Origin: Utricularia gibba
Taxonomy: Eukaryota; Plantae; Magnoliophyta
Assembly (NCBI GenBank): GCA_002189035.1
Contig: NEEC01000015.1
Coordinates: forward strand, 1,054,001-1,118,000
Direction of reading: 5' to 3'
DNA length: 64,000 nucleotides
Positions 11,807 to 23,670 of this stretch are shown piece by piece. Below the pieces are notes generated by a model. It saw only the letters and a list, made by a program, of their open reading frames with translations. It made no database searches and had not been told where the DNA came from. The position numbers and the translations under genes were made by a program. Numbering within the stretch: position 1 is the first letter of the stretch; each line of letters begins with the position of its first letter.

Positions 11807-12436
11807 ATGCGTTTCTTCAAGCATTTGGCAAATATTCTTGGGTTTAGAGATGATGATCAGGAGCATAAACAAGGAGATACCGTTTCCGACGCCGATGCCG
11901 GCGCTTCATTCCCGGCTTCCGATGTAACCGCTGCCGCCACTTCGTATGAGCATTTAAAGCGCAAAGGTTTCAGTGTCCCAGTTCGGGTTTCCGTGGAAAG
12001 GACACCGCCGCATCCTCTGCTAGAGTATTGCCCCGCCGGTGACGGCGGACTTCAGGTTAGTTCGAAATTTCCGGCTGATTCGTCTGTTGAGCCGTTGTTC
12101 AATTTGCTAAGTTTGGATCTGCTAATTCCCCACTTAAATCCTGGGGTTTGTTCGTATTCGAATTGTGACCATCTTGAATTTATCAAAACCCTATTCGATT
12201 TGTGTCCTCAGGGCTTGGGTTGGTACGCGAGGCGCCTGAGAATCGATGAAGATGGGGATGTTGCACACGAGTTCATTGATGAGGTTATTTCATCAGATAC
12301 AGGGCATGATCGGCCATTAACAAAGATGAAACCAAAGTCCATCACTCAGCCTGCAAGAGTACAGCGCCTGGCTCTTTTGCCTAATGGCAAAATTCAACAT
12401 CTGGTGGAGCATGAGGGCAAGCTTCAATGGGCGTAG
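11807..12436 (+). CDS. Conserved uncharacterised plant protein, two exons (11807-12055, 12212-12436)
   Basis: Joining CAG|gttag...ctcag|GGC gives GGLQGLGWYARRLRIDEDGDVAHEFIDEV, a motif I recall from a plant-specific family. C-terminus HLVEHEGKLQWA. Confidence 0.8.
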   Translation: MRFFKHLANILGFRDDDQEHKQGDTVSDADAGASFPASDVTAAATSYEHLKRKGFSVPVRVSVERTPPHPLLEYCPAGDGGLQVSSKFPADSSVEPLFNLLSLDLLIPHLNPGVCSYSNCDHLEFIKTLFDLCPQGLGWYARRLRIDEDGDVAHEFIDEVISSDTGHDRPLTKMKPKSITQPARVQRLALLPNGKIQHLVEHEGKLQWA

Positions 12437-12987
12437 GTGAAAGCTGAGAGACAGCATCATTCTTGTCACAGAGGAGAAACCGGTACCATTTCTGCCCTTC
12501 GAATTACTTCCTACGTCTAAAGTTCCTTTGTCCATAAGAAGAATGAGGGAGGAGCATGATTTGAGCCCCTTGTGCTATGGAACACATTCCTATGTTTGAA
12601 ATTTGCAACTTTGAAACACATGTTATCAGCAGAGGTTTGATTATAAGTTCAGAAACATCTGCTTATGAAACGATGAGCTCATGAACATCTTACATTTTGG
12701 ATTCATGTGGACTATCTCATGTTCAAGATGAGTGTCTGTGTTTCTTTCTCTCATGTGTTTCCTGGCCTATATTCCATCTAAATATATGTGTTGTATTGAT
12801 AATCAATTCATCTTCCCTGCAACCTGTGCATCCAACCGTTCAATGAACTCCCTCAAGGCTTTCCATTACTGTTCTTCTCGCCCTCACTGTCTTCTGTTAC
12901 AGAGACATACATCCTCGGCCTTGATGAGAAGAATTGGATAACTTCATTCCTTGTGCCATTGGACATTTTGTTGGAGTTCTTTAAATT

Positions 12988-13035
12988 TAGGGATGGGTAC
13001 CGATCCGACCCGCGCGGGTACGGGTCTGACCCGGT
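12988..13035 (+). mobile_element. Possible solitary hAT/MITE terminus remnant
   Basis: TAGGGATGGGT resembles the Ac/Ds-type TIR (TAGGGATGAAA) and is followed by ACCCG/CGGGT subterminal-like motifs. No partner end found. Confidence 0.3.
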
Positions 13036-13497
13036 ATGTCAGTCAACGGTCAATGACCCCTTTGGAGCGTTAACTAAAATAATATTTTAAATATATGAAC
13101 ACAAAAAAAGGAAATCCCTGATTTATTTAACAAGAACCGTTAATTCCGTACACATTGCTCTAAACCCTAATATGGAAGTAGCAACTAGCAACTGCTTTCA
13201 AGCCAAATGGTGAAGAAGAAAGGTGTTTGACCGATCTTCACACATTTTGCTCATCTGAAACCACCTCTCTTCTATTCATCAAACGGCGCAATAAAATATT
13301 GCTCGGAATCCAGCTCGTCAGATCGGGAATCCCGGAACAGCGCTGTCGTTATCCGTTTTTTTCTGGAGTTCCATTGCGGCGTTTCGCGAGATCGCGCGCG
13401 TCGGAGTTTGCAAGTCCAATTTTTCGCATTTGACGAACAATGAAATGAGTGTGAAGCTGATTTGTTGCATTTTAAAGCACGATAGGGGAAGTTCTAA

Positions 13498-16075
13498 ATG
13501 GGATTTCGTGGAGGCTTCGATCCCCCAACGATTCTTGTGATTTTCGCGTTGCTGTTTTTGTTTTGCGATTGCTTCTGCTACGCCCATGGAGAATCTAACG
13601 GCACCCAGTCTGCTGTGACACCTATTAACCACGATCTCTATCATACATGGTTATTCTTAATTGTTTTGGTTATCTTTTGTAGTTGTTTTTCTTATGTCAC
13701 GGGTGTCGAATATTCACAAGCTTGAATCGTGGCGTGAAATGGGATTTTTGTTTTCTGTACTGATGAAGTTTAAGGATTTTTCTGTTATTTTGGTTTTCAC
13801 TACATCTCATTTTGCTGGTTCATTCACTTAAATGGAGCACAGACCTGATCTCATGAGGATTTAATTTTTTACTTAGGGAAGCGTTAGTTGAAGAAATTGA
13901 GTCATTGGTTCATCGCCATCCAGAGAGACTATCAGTGGGTATCCTGTTCTTATTGTATTTCTTTTTATGTTTAGACAATACTGATGCTTGTTTTACTGAC
14001 TATTTGTCTTTTTTTGATCAGTTGGAGAAGATTTCAAATAAGAATCTCGGTTATGAGGCTGAGATGAATGTAATTACTTACTGTAGAAACCAGAAAGACT
14101 GTGATGGCCGAGAAAAACTTCGAATCCTTCTTGTAAGTGTTTCTTCAGTTTTCTTCTTCTGCACTGTTAATTGTATGCAGTCATGGCGGGGTTTATTTCA
14201 CCCAAGTGTCTTAAAATGAAGGTGAAATATCAGGATACTCTTTTATATCTCCTAGTTCTTTACTCTGTTAATACTGGTGTTTTTGACAGATGATTCCTTG
14301 TATTCCAGAGTTTCGGACAGCATGCTAGGGAACTTATCACAACTGAGCTGGCATTGCGGCTTCTTTCTGTTCTCAGTGAGGAGGAATTTTTGCCAGATGT
14401 TAATCGCTCTACTTTTTATAGTTCACTTGATCGGCTCGTTATAAAGGTAAACATATGCACGATGACATCTTTTTGAATCTGTTAGAACAAGGCATATGCT
14501 ATTTCGAATATTGATCCCTGTGTGCTGTATATTATACCGCAGATTGTCCCAGTGGAGAATTTGAATGGTCGAAAGGTTGTTGAAGAAGGGCAACTTTGTG
14601 AAAGAAGAAATGGTATTGAGTAGTACCATTGTTTTTCATCATAGATTTGACATCGATTCTTGGAAAGAAACAGTTTTAGTTTGGGTTTGTTACAGGAAGA
14701 GGAGTGGACCTGAACAGGAATTGGGGTGTGGACTGGGGCAAAAAGGAGAAGGTATGCCTGAAAAAAAAACATTTGAAAAGGAATGCTGCTTGTTTATTGT
14801 TTAATTCTTCCCTTGCGAGATGCTATTTATGACAACAAATAAGCAGTTATGAATAACTGGATGTTCCATGAGGAACCTGATTGTTCTTAAGAAAATCCTG
14901 GCTCCTTGTTATCCATTGGATCCTGTAGGCGCTAAGACTTTCAGTTCATCTACCAGGATTATGATCCAAATGAAGAAAATCCTGGCTCCTCTCCATTCAG
15001 CGAACCGGAGACTCAAATTATGCGCAAATTGTCAATATCATTTGAACCACATATTTGGGTCAATGTACACTCAGGGATGGAGGTAAGGCTTCAAAGTTCA
15101 ACCCTCCCCCTAGCTATGATGAAGCTTGCGCAAATATTGGATTCTGTACTTGTCGTTGATGAACTTTATTTGCGTTTTTAGGCATTGTTTATGCCATACG
15201 ATCACAAGAACACGACCCCAGATGGAACACCATCTCGTATCATGAGATCGATGCTTGAAAAATTGAACCATTTACACCTCAATAATCATTGCTTGGTTGG
15301 TTCCGGGGGAGGCTCTGTTGGGTTTGTATACCCTCAACACAACAGTTATTTGTACTTACCATGAGCCTGCCATGTCTCCAGCCTATTTCAATGTCATTTG
15401 TTTTTTTTATCATGTGTAGGTATTTAGCGCATGGGACAGCAACAGACTACATGTATGATGTTGCGAGAATTCCTATGGCTTTTACCTTTGAGGTTGTCAA
15501 TCAGCAATACTCCATTGTTCTCTCCCTTTTTGTTTTGATATAGTTTTTAGCATCCTAGCCTACTTGTGATCTGCAGATTTACGGGGATTCAAAAGCATCT
15601 TCAAAGGACTGCTTCAAAATGTTCAATCCTGTGGATATCACTACATTCAATGTACGCCACACCGTCTAATCCATAGATCAGTAAGATCCATCAACACTTA
15701 ACAGCCTTTGTGTGTTAAACTGCGCAGAGGGTTGTGAATGAGTGGTCTAGTGCATTTCTGGACATGTTCAGCATGGGGACTCAGTGCATAGATGAGCTCG
15801 AGTCCAGGAGCACCAATGAGTCCTCCTCCTCATCATCGATTGATGCTGGCGGCTTCCACAACTGGGTATCAATAGATGACTATCTAAATGGATATCTAAT
15901 GCAGAGAAGAAGTAGATACGGGAAGAAGATTGAAGTTCTTGACCTTGGACTGCAGGAAATCAGGGCCTATTTCAGATTGTTCATGTTGTCTTCTGTCCTC
16001 CTCATATTCATGTTCTGCTCCAGAATTAGTAAGAACAATAGGACCAGGCCACTCGTCGCCATCACCAACCGCTGA
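13498..16075 (+). CDS. Zinc metallocarboxypeptidase (M14) with signal anchor and C-terminal TM helix, multi-exon
   Basis: Spliced exons give GQHARE (HxxE), NLNGR, RRNGRGVDLNRNW, WVNVHSG, AHGTATDYMY and FTFE (catalytic Glu). Hydrophobic C-terminal segment YFRLFMLSSVLLIFMFC. Confidence 0.92.
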
Positions 16076-16805
16076 GCTCCTTCTCACCGTGATTCAGGAT
16101 CCTCCCATCATAGCCATTGTTTGTCTGTTGTCACTCACTCACCATGTACATTCCCTTCCTTTATACTGAAAGCTTTGAGAGAGACAGCACACACAACGTT
16201 TAATGATCATGTTTTGTTGTTTGGTTTTAGCTGAAAATGTTGAAAGCTGTCAATCGATTTGTTTTGTTTTGTTTTTTCATTTATCCGGATTGTTCATGTC
16301 TTAAAAATAAAATAGTTTTTAGATAATTAAATTTCAAATAAATAAATAAATAGAGATCACGTATATATCAATTGAATCTTGTTAAAATGAAATGTTCTCT
16401 GGATTGATTTAGCATATTTGAAGTTTAAGTAAATAATAAACATGAATTATATTAAAAAATATTAAATACAATCTATTATTATTGATTTATAATTTATTAT
16501 GTATTTAATTATTTTATTTTTATTTTCAAATATGAGATTATTTGTTATAATACTTACATTCAAGTCAAATTAATATATAATCCATAATATATTTTTTTAT
16601 TATAGATGGTACTTAAATATAAATCCATTTAATTTTTATGATTTAAATATAATATATGTCCTTGTGTTTTTTTGTGGTTGGGCATCTAAATGAGTATGAG
16701 TAAGCTGGAGCTCTGTTTTTTCAGTTACTAGTCATCTATGGGTCTTCTTGTTTATATAAGGAGACCTCTGTCCATAAGGCTCTTTTTCCAGGTTTGGATT
16801 ACCCC

Positions 16806-18180
16806 ATGGATGTTCAGCGGTCGGGCGTTTACCAAGGTGCTGTGGAAGGTTTCATCTGGTTATTAAGAGTTCAAGATTATGTTGCTTGTTATGATGGTTA
16901 CGCAGATTCTTTATATTTCTAGTGATGCCGTGTAGTTCGCTGACGGCGGCGTTGGCGTCCCTGCCAGATGAAATCGATCAAGTAGTCGTCTTGGTATCTG
17001 TTGACGGCGAATTCAAGAAAATCGAAAAGGAGGCCGCGCCGGACAATGTTCCCGTTCTAGGTGGGCGCTCGCTCTAATGCCGTTTCCAAGAATCTTTCAT
17101 TATTCCCGATTTGCTGTTCCTATTTTCTTGTTATGCAGTGGTTTTATGTGAGCGGCGTGCGCTTTGTTTCTGCTACGACATACCCATACCAATGCCCGAG
17201 GTGTGCAGCGTGATGAACCAATATGTCAGGGACATCGAAGGCGCACCCTTCAACACACCGACTGGAACAAGTCAGAGACGAAGCTTTGAGAGCACAAACA
17301 GAGAAGTTGAGAGCGTTGATGGTTCATATAAGAAGAAAAAGGAAAGGGTTTCCTGGAACGAGGAACTTCATGGGAAGTTCGTCAAGGCCGTGGAGAAATT
17401 TGGAATCGGTACCAACTCCTTACATTATCTGCGTTGATTCGCCCAGGCTAACCAGAAGTATGCAGTCTGTTGACACGTACGTTTCTTCATTGATTCAGGT
17501 ACTACGCCTAAGAGAATCCTGGAATTTATGGCGGATCCACGGTTAAAACGAAGGCATGTGGCAAGCCATTTGCAGGTGAGGCCTCTTTGCCTCGTCCCTT
17601 GTATCTGATATGCTCTTAGTTTGTTTGTTTCTGTGACTCTTTTGTTCGTTTTTTGACGTCTCAGAAATATCGGAAACAGATAGGATATACTAATGCTTCT
17701 CAATCCTTAGATGATCAGCAACAGGATGCTCCTCCAATCAACCCAGATGAGCCATCACAATCCTTGGATGATCAGCAACAGGATGCTCCTCCAATCAACC
17801 TAAATGAGCCATCACAATCCTTAGATGATCAGCAACAGTATGCTCCTCCAATCAACCTAAATGAGCCATCACAATCCTTAGATGATCAGCAACAGTATGC
17901 TCCTCCAATCAACCTAAATGAGCCATCACAATCCTTGGATGATCAGCAACAGGATGCTCCTCCAATCAACCCAGATGAGCAACCACAATCCTTGGATGAT
18001 CAGCAACAGGATGCTCCTCCAATCAACCCAGATGAGCGATCGCAATCCTTAGATGATCAGCAACAGGATGCTCCTCCAATCAACCTAAATGAGCCATCAC
18101 AATGCTTAGATGATCAGCAACAGGATGCTCTTTCAATCGACCCAGATGAGCCATCACAATCCTCTGATGATGAAGAATGA
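16806..18180 (+). CDS. Degenerate type-B response regulator-like GARP transcription factor, copy 1 (pseudo-receiver, GARP domain, acidic Gln-rich repeat tail), 343 aa
   Basis: Phase-consistent GT-AG exons 16806-16836, 16923-17060, 17139-17408, 17499-17575, 17665-18180. GARP motif KERVSWNEELHGKFVKAVEKFGIG|GTTPKRILEFMADPRLKRRHVASHLQ|KYR. TATATAA at about 16752. Confidence 0.8.
17698..18180 (+). repeat. Coding minisatellite: 8 units of 57 bp (19 aa, SQSLDDQQQDAPPIN[PD/LN]EP) plus a partial ninth
   Basis: 57-nt period read directly from the sequence: 17698-18153 is 8x57, and the partial unit ends at the TGA at 18178-18180. Confidence 0.97.
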
Positions 18181-19012
18181 ACTGCTACTCGAAACAGCAA
18201 GGTTTAGCCGAATCCTTTCGAGCCGGGTTTGTATATCTCCTCAAATCAGTCGGATGAGGGATTTCAAAGCAATGACTCGGGAGTGTCGGGGTACCTTTTT
18301 GGCTTGTTTCCGGTGTTCCCCCTCCAGCGTAAACGTTTCAGTTCAAGGTAGGCAGCATTTTCTCGAGATCCCCTCCCCTTTCATGCGCCGCCTCCAAATA
18401 AATAACACCCACGTTGGATTTCATCGAATCTTCGTGCTGCCACTAATTTATTGCTCGTGATCTCGAAATGGAAAAGCAGAAGAACCCAGAAAGGCATTCG
18501 ATTACAGAGGCGAGCTTTTCATTGACGGGCGCCATGAATGATTCTAAGCACACCTCAATTTCAAATACAAAATAATTAAATTAAATCGATTATTATTAAT
18601 TTATAATTTCTTATATAATTAATTACGATGATTTAAATATTCAACTTTAAATCAAACTAATATTTGATTCAACTAAAACTTAATTTTTTGTAATAATAAA
18701 TAATACTTAAAATATAAATCGTTCTAATTCTTATCGTATAAATATAATATATTTCATTTTTTTTAACTTTAATTCAGGTGAAACGGTAACATTCCAACCG
18801 ACAAATATGGGATTTTGTTCATGCTTGAGTAACCTAGATTCAGAGTCTTCACGAAACTGATTTTTACAAACAAAAAGTTTTGAATACACAAAAGCGTTCT
18901 TGTTCTTCTACTTCTCTTCCCTCGGAATCTGAATTCTCCAACATATGGGTCTTCTTGTTTATATAAGGAGTCCTCCATCCATAAGGCTCTTTTTCCAGGT
19001 TTGGATAACCCC

Positions 19013-19963
19013 ATGGATGTTCTGCGGTCGGGCGTTTACCAAGGTGCTGTGGAAGGTTTCATCTGTTTATTAAGAGTTCAAGATTATGTTGCTTGTTTTG
19101 ATGGTTACGCAGGTTCTTTATATTTCTAGTGATGCCGTGTAGTTCGCTGACGGCGGCGTTGGCGTCCCTGCGTGATGAAATCGATCAAGTAATCGTGTTG
19201 CTATCTGTTGACGGCGAATTCAAGAAAATCGAAAAGGAGGCTGCGCCGGACAATGTTCCCGTTCTAGGTGGGTGCTCGCTCTAATGCCGTTTCCAAGAAT
19301 CTTTCATTATTCCCGATTTGCTGTTCCTATTTTCTTGTTATGCAGTGGTTGTAGGTCAGCGGCGTGCGCTTTGTTTCTGCTACGATATAGGCTTACCAAT
19401 GCCCGAGTTGTGCAGCGTGATGAACCAATATATCAGGGAGGAGAAAACGGGGGACATCGAAGGCGCACCCTCCAACCCACCGACTGGAACAAGTCAGAGA
19501 CGAAGCTTTGAGAGCACAAACAGAGAAGTTGAGAGCGTTGATGGTTCACATAAGAAGAAAAGGCTTTTCTGGAACGAGGAACTTCATGGGAAGTTCGTCA
19601 AAGCCGTGGAGAAACTTGGAATCGGTACCAAATCCTTACATTATCTGCGTAGATTCGCCCAGGCTTACCGAAAATATGCAGTCCATTGAAACGTACGTTT
19701 CTTCATTGATTTAGGTACTACGCCTAAGAAAATCCTGGAATTTATGGCGGATCCACGGGTAAAACGAAGGCAAGTGGCAAGCCATTTGCAGGTGAGGCCT
19801 CTTTGCCTCATCCCTTGTATCTGATATGCTCTGAGTTTGTTTCTGTGACTCTTTTGGTCGTTTTTTGACGTCTCAGACATATCGGAAACAGATAGGATAC
19901 ACTACTGCTTCACAATCCTTAGATGGATCAACAACAGAATGCTCCTCCAATCAACCCATATGA
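19013..19963 (+). CDS. Degenerate type-B response regulator-like GARP factor, copy 2 (C-terminally frameshifted; possibly a pseudogene)
   Basis: Same structure as copy 1: exons 19013-19043, 19130-19267, 19346-19624, 19715-19791, 19877-19963. An extra G near 19925 shifts the last exon to a stop at 19961-19963. SHLQKY reads SHLQTY. Confidence 0.7.
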
Positions 19964-21359
19964 GCCATCACAATTCTTCGATGATGAAGAATGAACTGCT
20001 ACTCGAATCAGCAAGGTTGAGCCGAATCCTTTCGAGCCGGGTTTGTATATCTCCTCAAATCAGTTGGTGCATGCATGATGAGGGTTTTCAAAGCAATGAC
20101 TCTGAGGATTATCAGGGCACCTTTCTGGCTTGTTTCTGCTGTTCCCCCTGTGAGGAAGGCTCCAGTGTAAACGTTTCAGTTCAGGGTAGGCAGCATTTTT
20201 TCCCTTCTGTTGAGCTTCTGGGCAACTCCTTTGGTTACAAAAAGCACTCATTCGTTGAATCCCAACACCCACGTTGAATCTCCCATCCTTATCGATGGTA
20301 ACTACTCCTTTTGACGGGGAATCAGGTAATACTGAAGTGTTCTGATTAATTTCTTGGCTAATCGAATATTCATTCTGATTGATGTATTGAGAGAATCATG
20401 TGACGCTTCATGTTCTATTTAATGAGAATTGAAGACAAATGGTTTGAATTAATCATATCATATAATTTGAATTAAACCATAAGGGTTAGATGCATTAAAT
20501 GGATCATATAGTATAAGAGTAAGCATGATCATGATATTTAATATTAGAGTTAAAATCGAATACATAATAATGATTGTACAAGAGGGTGTTTATATTAAAT
20601 ATATAATAAAATAAGAATATAAAGTTAGAGATCTAATAATGATCATATATTAATTATGGAAATAAGATGAAATGTAATTAAATAGATATATTATTTTAAT
20701 CTTGTACAATCCTTTTTTTTTTACTTAAAAAAATATAAAATCATAATATTTAGTATGATAAAATATTATGAATTGTTATATTGGCTTGATTTCTAAATAG
20801 GGCAGATCACTTCCCTCTTCATGCACTCCCTCCAAATGATAAGACCCATGTTGCACACTATATATCATGTACTATATTATATATATATATATATAATACT
20901 ATGAATTGTCAACCTTCTCACATATATCATGTTATATGGCTATATTTCTAAATGGGGCAGATTACTCCAAATAACAAGACCCACCATGTATTTGGTCTTC
21001 ATGTATTAGGTGTCAACCAACTGCAACCTTTTTTTTATTTCAATTAAAATGTCCGTTGCAGTGGAGCGATCGGCGTTCCAGATTTCTTCATCGAGAAAGA
21101 AGCATGCCGGCTAACGTCCGATGGTCGCCGAGAATCACCTTCTCTGGATATTTTTCCGATTATTATGCCAAAAAATAAATGAATAAACAAAGTCAACCGT
21201 CTTTCAAGATCGGGCCATCGCTTGGTGCTTAGGACGTCTCTCCCCATTAAACCTCAGTAACATCTACCGTTGTAGCCATGAAGGATTTCTTCATAGCTAA
21301 TAAATACCTTCCTTCTTCACCCCTCGTGCGGAAACGGGTGGAGCTCGGATCCTCCTCTG

Positions 21360-23200
21360 ATGATGAGGACGCCGGCGGCGATACGTGATCCCGATTTGCG
21401 GGCTCAACTCACCATCCTCATCGTCACCGTATTTTTATGTATGGCCTTCATTTCCTACTCCTTTTCTTCTTCGATCTCCTTAAGGTTCCCTTCCTCCAAC
21501 AGCGGAGCAAAGGGGACGGCTGCCGCGGCTAGAATAGCGGTGTGTCTTGTCGGGGGAGTGCGGAGATTCGAACTGACGGGGCCGTCGATCGTCGATCGCC
21601 TCCTCCGCGTTTATCCGAATACCGATCTTTTTCTTCACTCTCCTTTGGATTCCAATTCGTACAAGCTACTTTTACTTAACGAAGCGCCGGAGATTGCCGC
21701 GGTGAAGATATTTAAGCAGCAGCCGTTACTCGAAACGCCGGCTGCCGGCCGAGTTCTCACCTCCGGCGGCTCGCCTAACGGTGTTCAGGTGATCTTCTGA
21801 TACCCTCATCACATGAAATATGTGCCTTTTAGATTTTTTTTAAAAAATTCCTGAATAATGTTATGAAATTAAAAGTGAATTTTTATCTCTCATTGTCATT
21901 TTCTTTCACATATATTAAAATAAAAAAATTAAAAGATGATCTAATTTCTAAATCAATTCCTTTTTTATCTCACAAGCATGTGTCAACTTTTATCAGTTGA
22001 CTGATTTGATACTTTAACTACTACCCTAAGTGTAAGAGACGGTTTAGATCATCTTCAAAAAAATACGATATAAAATAATAGATGTATTTTGCTACAAAAT
22101 AATAAATTAGTTTGCATTAATATATTAATTGTGTCTATATAAAAAATTTAGATAAAATAAGGAAAATACATAAAATTAATCGGAAAAGAGAGAAAACCCC
22201 CAAAAAAACCCTAGTATCGTAAAACTAGAGGAAGATGAAATATGGCAAGAAAAATTGAATGAAAGGATAAAGTAAATTCGAGAGGCATTATCGGGACTTA
22301 TTTTATTAATATACAGAATAATCTTTTGTATTCAAATATTAATTTTTCATTTTAAAAATAATTATATTCTATAAAACTGTGATTTGACTGGCACTGGGAT
22401 TGCAGGGCTTGTTGCAGTACTTCAGCCTGGTGGAAGGGTGTTTAACGATGATCAAGGCTCACCAGGAAAAGCACAACTTCACCTACGATTGGATAATTCG
22501 AACTCGGGTCGACGGGTACTGGTCGGAGCCATTAGAGATCCAAAGCTTCGATCGCGGCAAGTACACGGTTCCGATCGGCTCCTCTTACGGCGGCTTGAAT
22601 GACCGGTTTGGTGCAGGGGACTACAACACCTCGCTGATTGCCTTGTCCCGGCTGTCTTCCATTCCTGAACTTGATGCCACCGGTGTGACGGGGCTCAACT
22701 CCGAGGGTGCTTTCAAGGCCCAGCTCACCATCCATAAGGTTCAGTTTGCGACGGCAAGTGTTCCCTTCTGTATCGTATCAGATCGGAAGTATGAGTTCCC
22801 GCCGTCGGAATACGGGGTGCCGGTGGTCTCCATGTCGACCCACGGTCCACTTAGTGGCGCCAAATGCCGGCCGTGCAGCGCCGCGTGCGCAGATGATCCA
22901 TGCGTCAGGCGTGTGATGGGTGGGTTGCACGAGTGGTGGAGCTGGACGGAATGGCGTTCGAATAAGCTTGAGCTCTGTGATGCGCATGGCGAGTGGGAGC
23001 AGGGGTGGGAGACGCTGTTCGATAGGGTGGCGGGGGGGCGATATTCGTCCATTAGAAAAAGGTTTTGGGCTTTGGATATGGGCCGATGCATCCAAGAATT
23101 TGAGAAAATGAGAAAGAGATCGGGCTACTGGGATGGGCCCACTGCTCAGGAAATTTGCCAATTGGGCCTTGAGACGCGGTCACACCTGGGGCCCACATGA
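21360..23200 (+). CDS. Conserved uncharacterised plant type II membrane protein, putative glycosyltransferase-like; exons 21360-21788 and 22406-23200
   Basis: N-terminal TM helix, then RIAVCLVGGVRRFELTGPSI, SPNGVQ|GLLQYFSLVEGC, YDWIIRTRVDGYW, GGLNDRFG and KCRPC motifs. Canonical splice sites in phase. Confidence 0.85.
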
Positions 23201-23380
23201 TTCCCCTAAACCACGTACACACTACTTTAGGTTTGACTAACTTTTTTTTTTTTTCTAGAAGGAAGTAAATTTAAAAAAATTAATATTTTTGTTGAAAAAA
23301 GTGATTTGGAAAAAAATAAAAATGTTACAATTTTTTTTAAATCACTCTTCTTTGCTTCTTTGCCCCTCCTTTCCTCATAG

Positions 23381-23670
23381 TCGAGGGCTGTGCTTGTGAA
23401 GTGTTTCTTTGTCCCCTCAATGCCTTTTAAACCCTCTTGCAAGTAGATCGTATTGGCCTCTTATCAAGGTTATAGGCGAGAGTTGTGCTTGTGGGTGTTT
23501 CTCTGACCCCCTAATGCCTGTAAAACCCTCTTGCAACTAGTTCATATTGGCCTCTCATGAGGCTTATAATCGAGGGTTGTGCTTGTGGGTATTTCTTCCC
23601 CCCCCCCCCCCCTAAATGACTTCAAACCCAGTTGCGACTTGTTCATATTGGCTTCTCATCAGGCTTGATA
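23381..23670 (+). repeat. Degenerate tandem repeat, three units of about 95 bp
   Basis: cgag.g.tgtgcttgtg recurs at 23381, 23476 and 23570. Each unit also has aaaccc..ttgc and tattggc.tct.at. Unit 3 contains a long poly-C run. Confidence 0.85.

Larger units (their letters stand above)
16736..20200 (+). repeat. Tandem gene duplication: about 16736-18365 and about 18945-20200
   Basis: High nucleotide identity in promoter, introns and 3' flank, e.g. atgggtcttcttgtttatataaggag and gttcaaggtaggcagcatttt / gttcagggtaggcagcatttt in both copies. Confidence 0.95.

Noticed and set aside
17698-18180. Regular repeat array superficially like CRISPR
   Set aside because: Head-to-tail 57-bp units with no unique spacers, in frame within a plant exon, and no cas genes.
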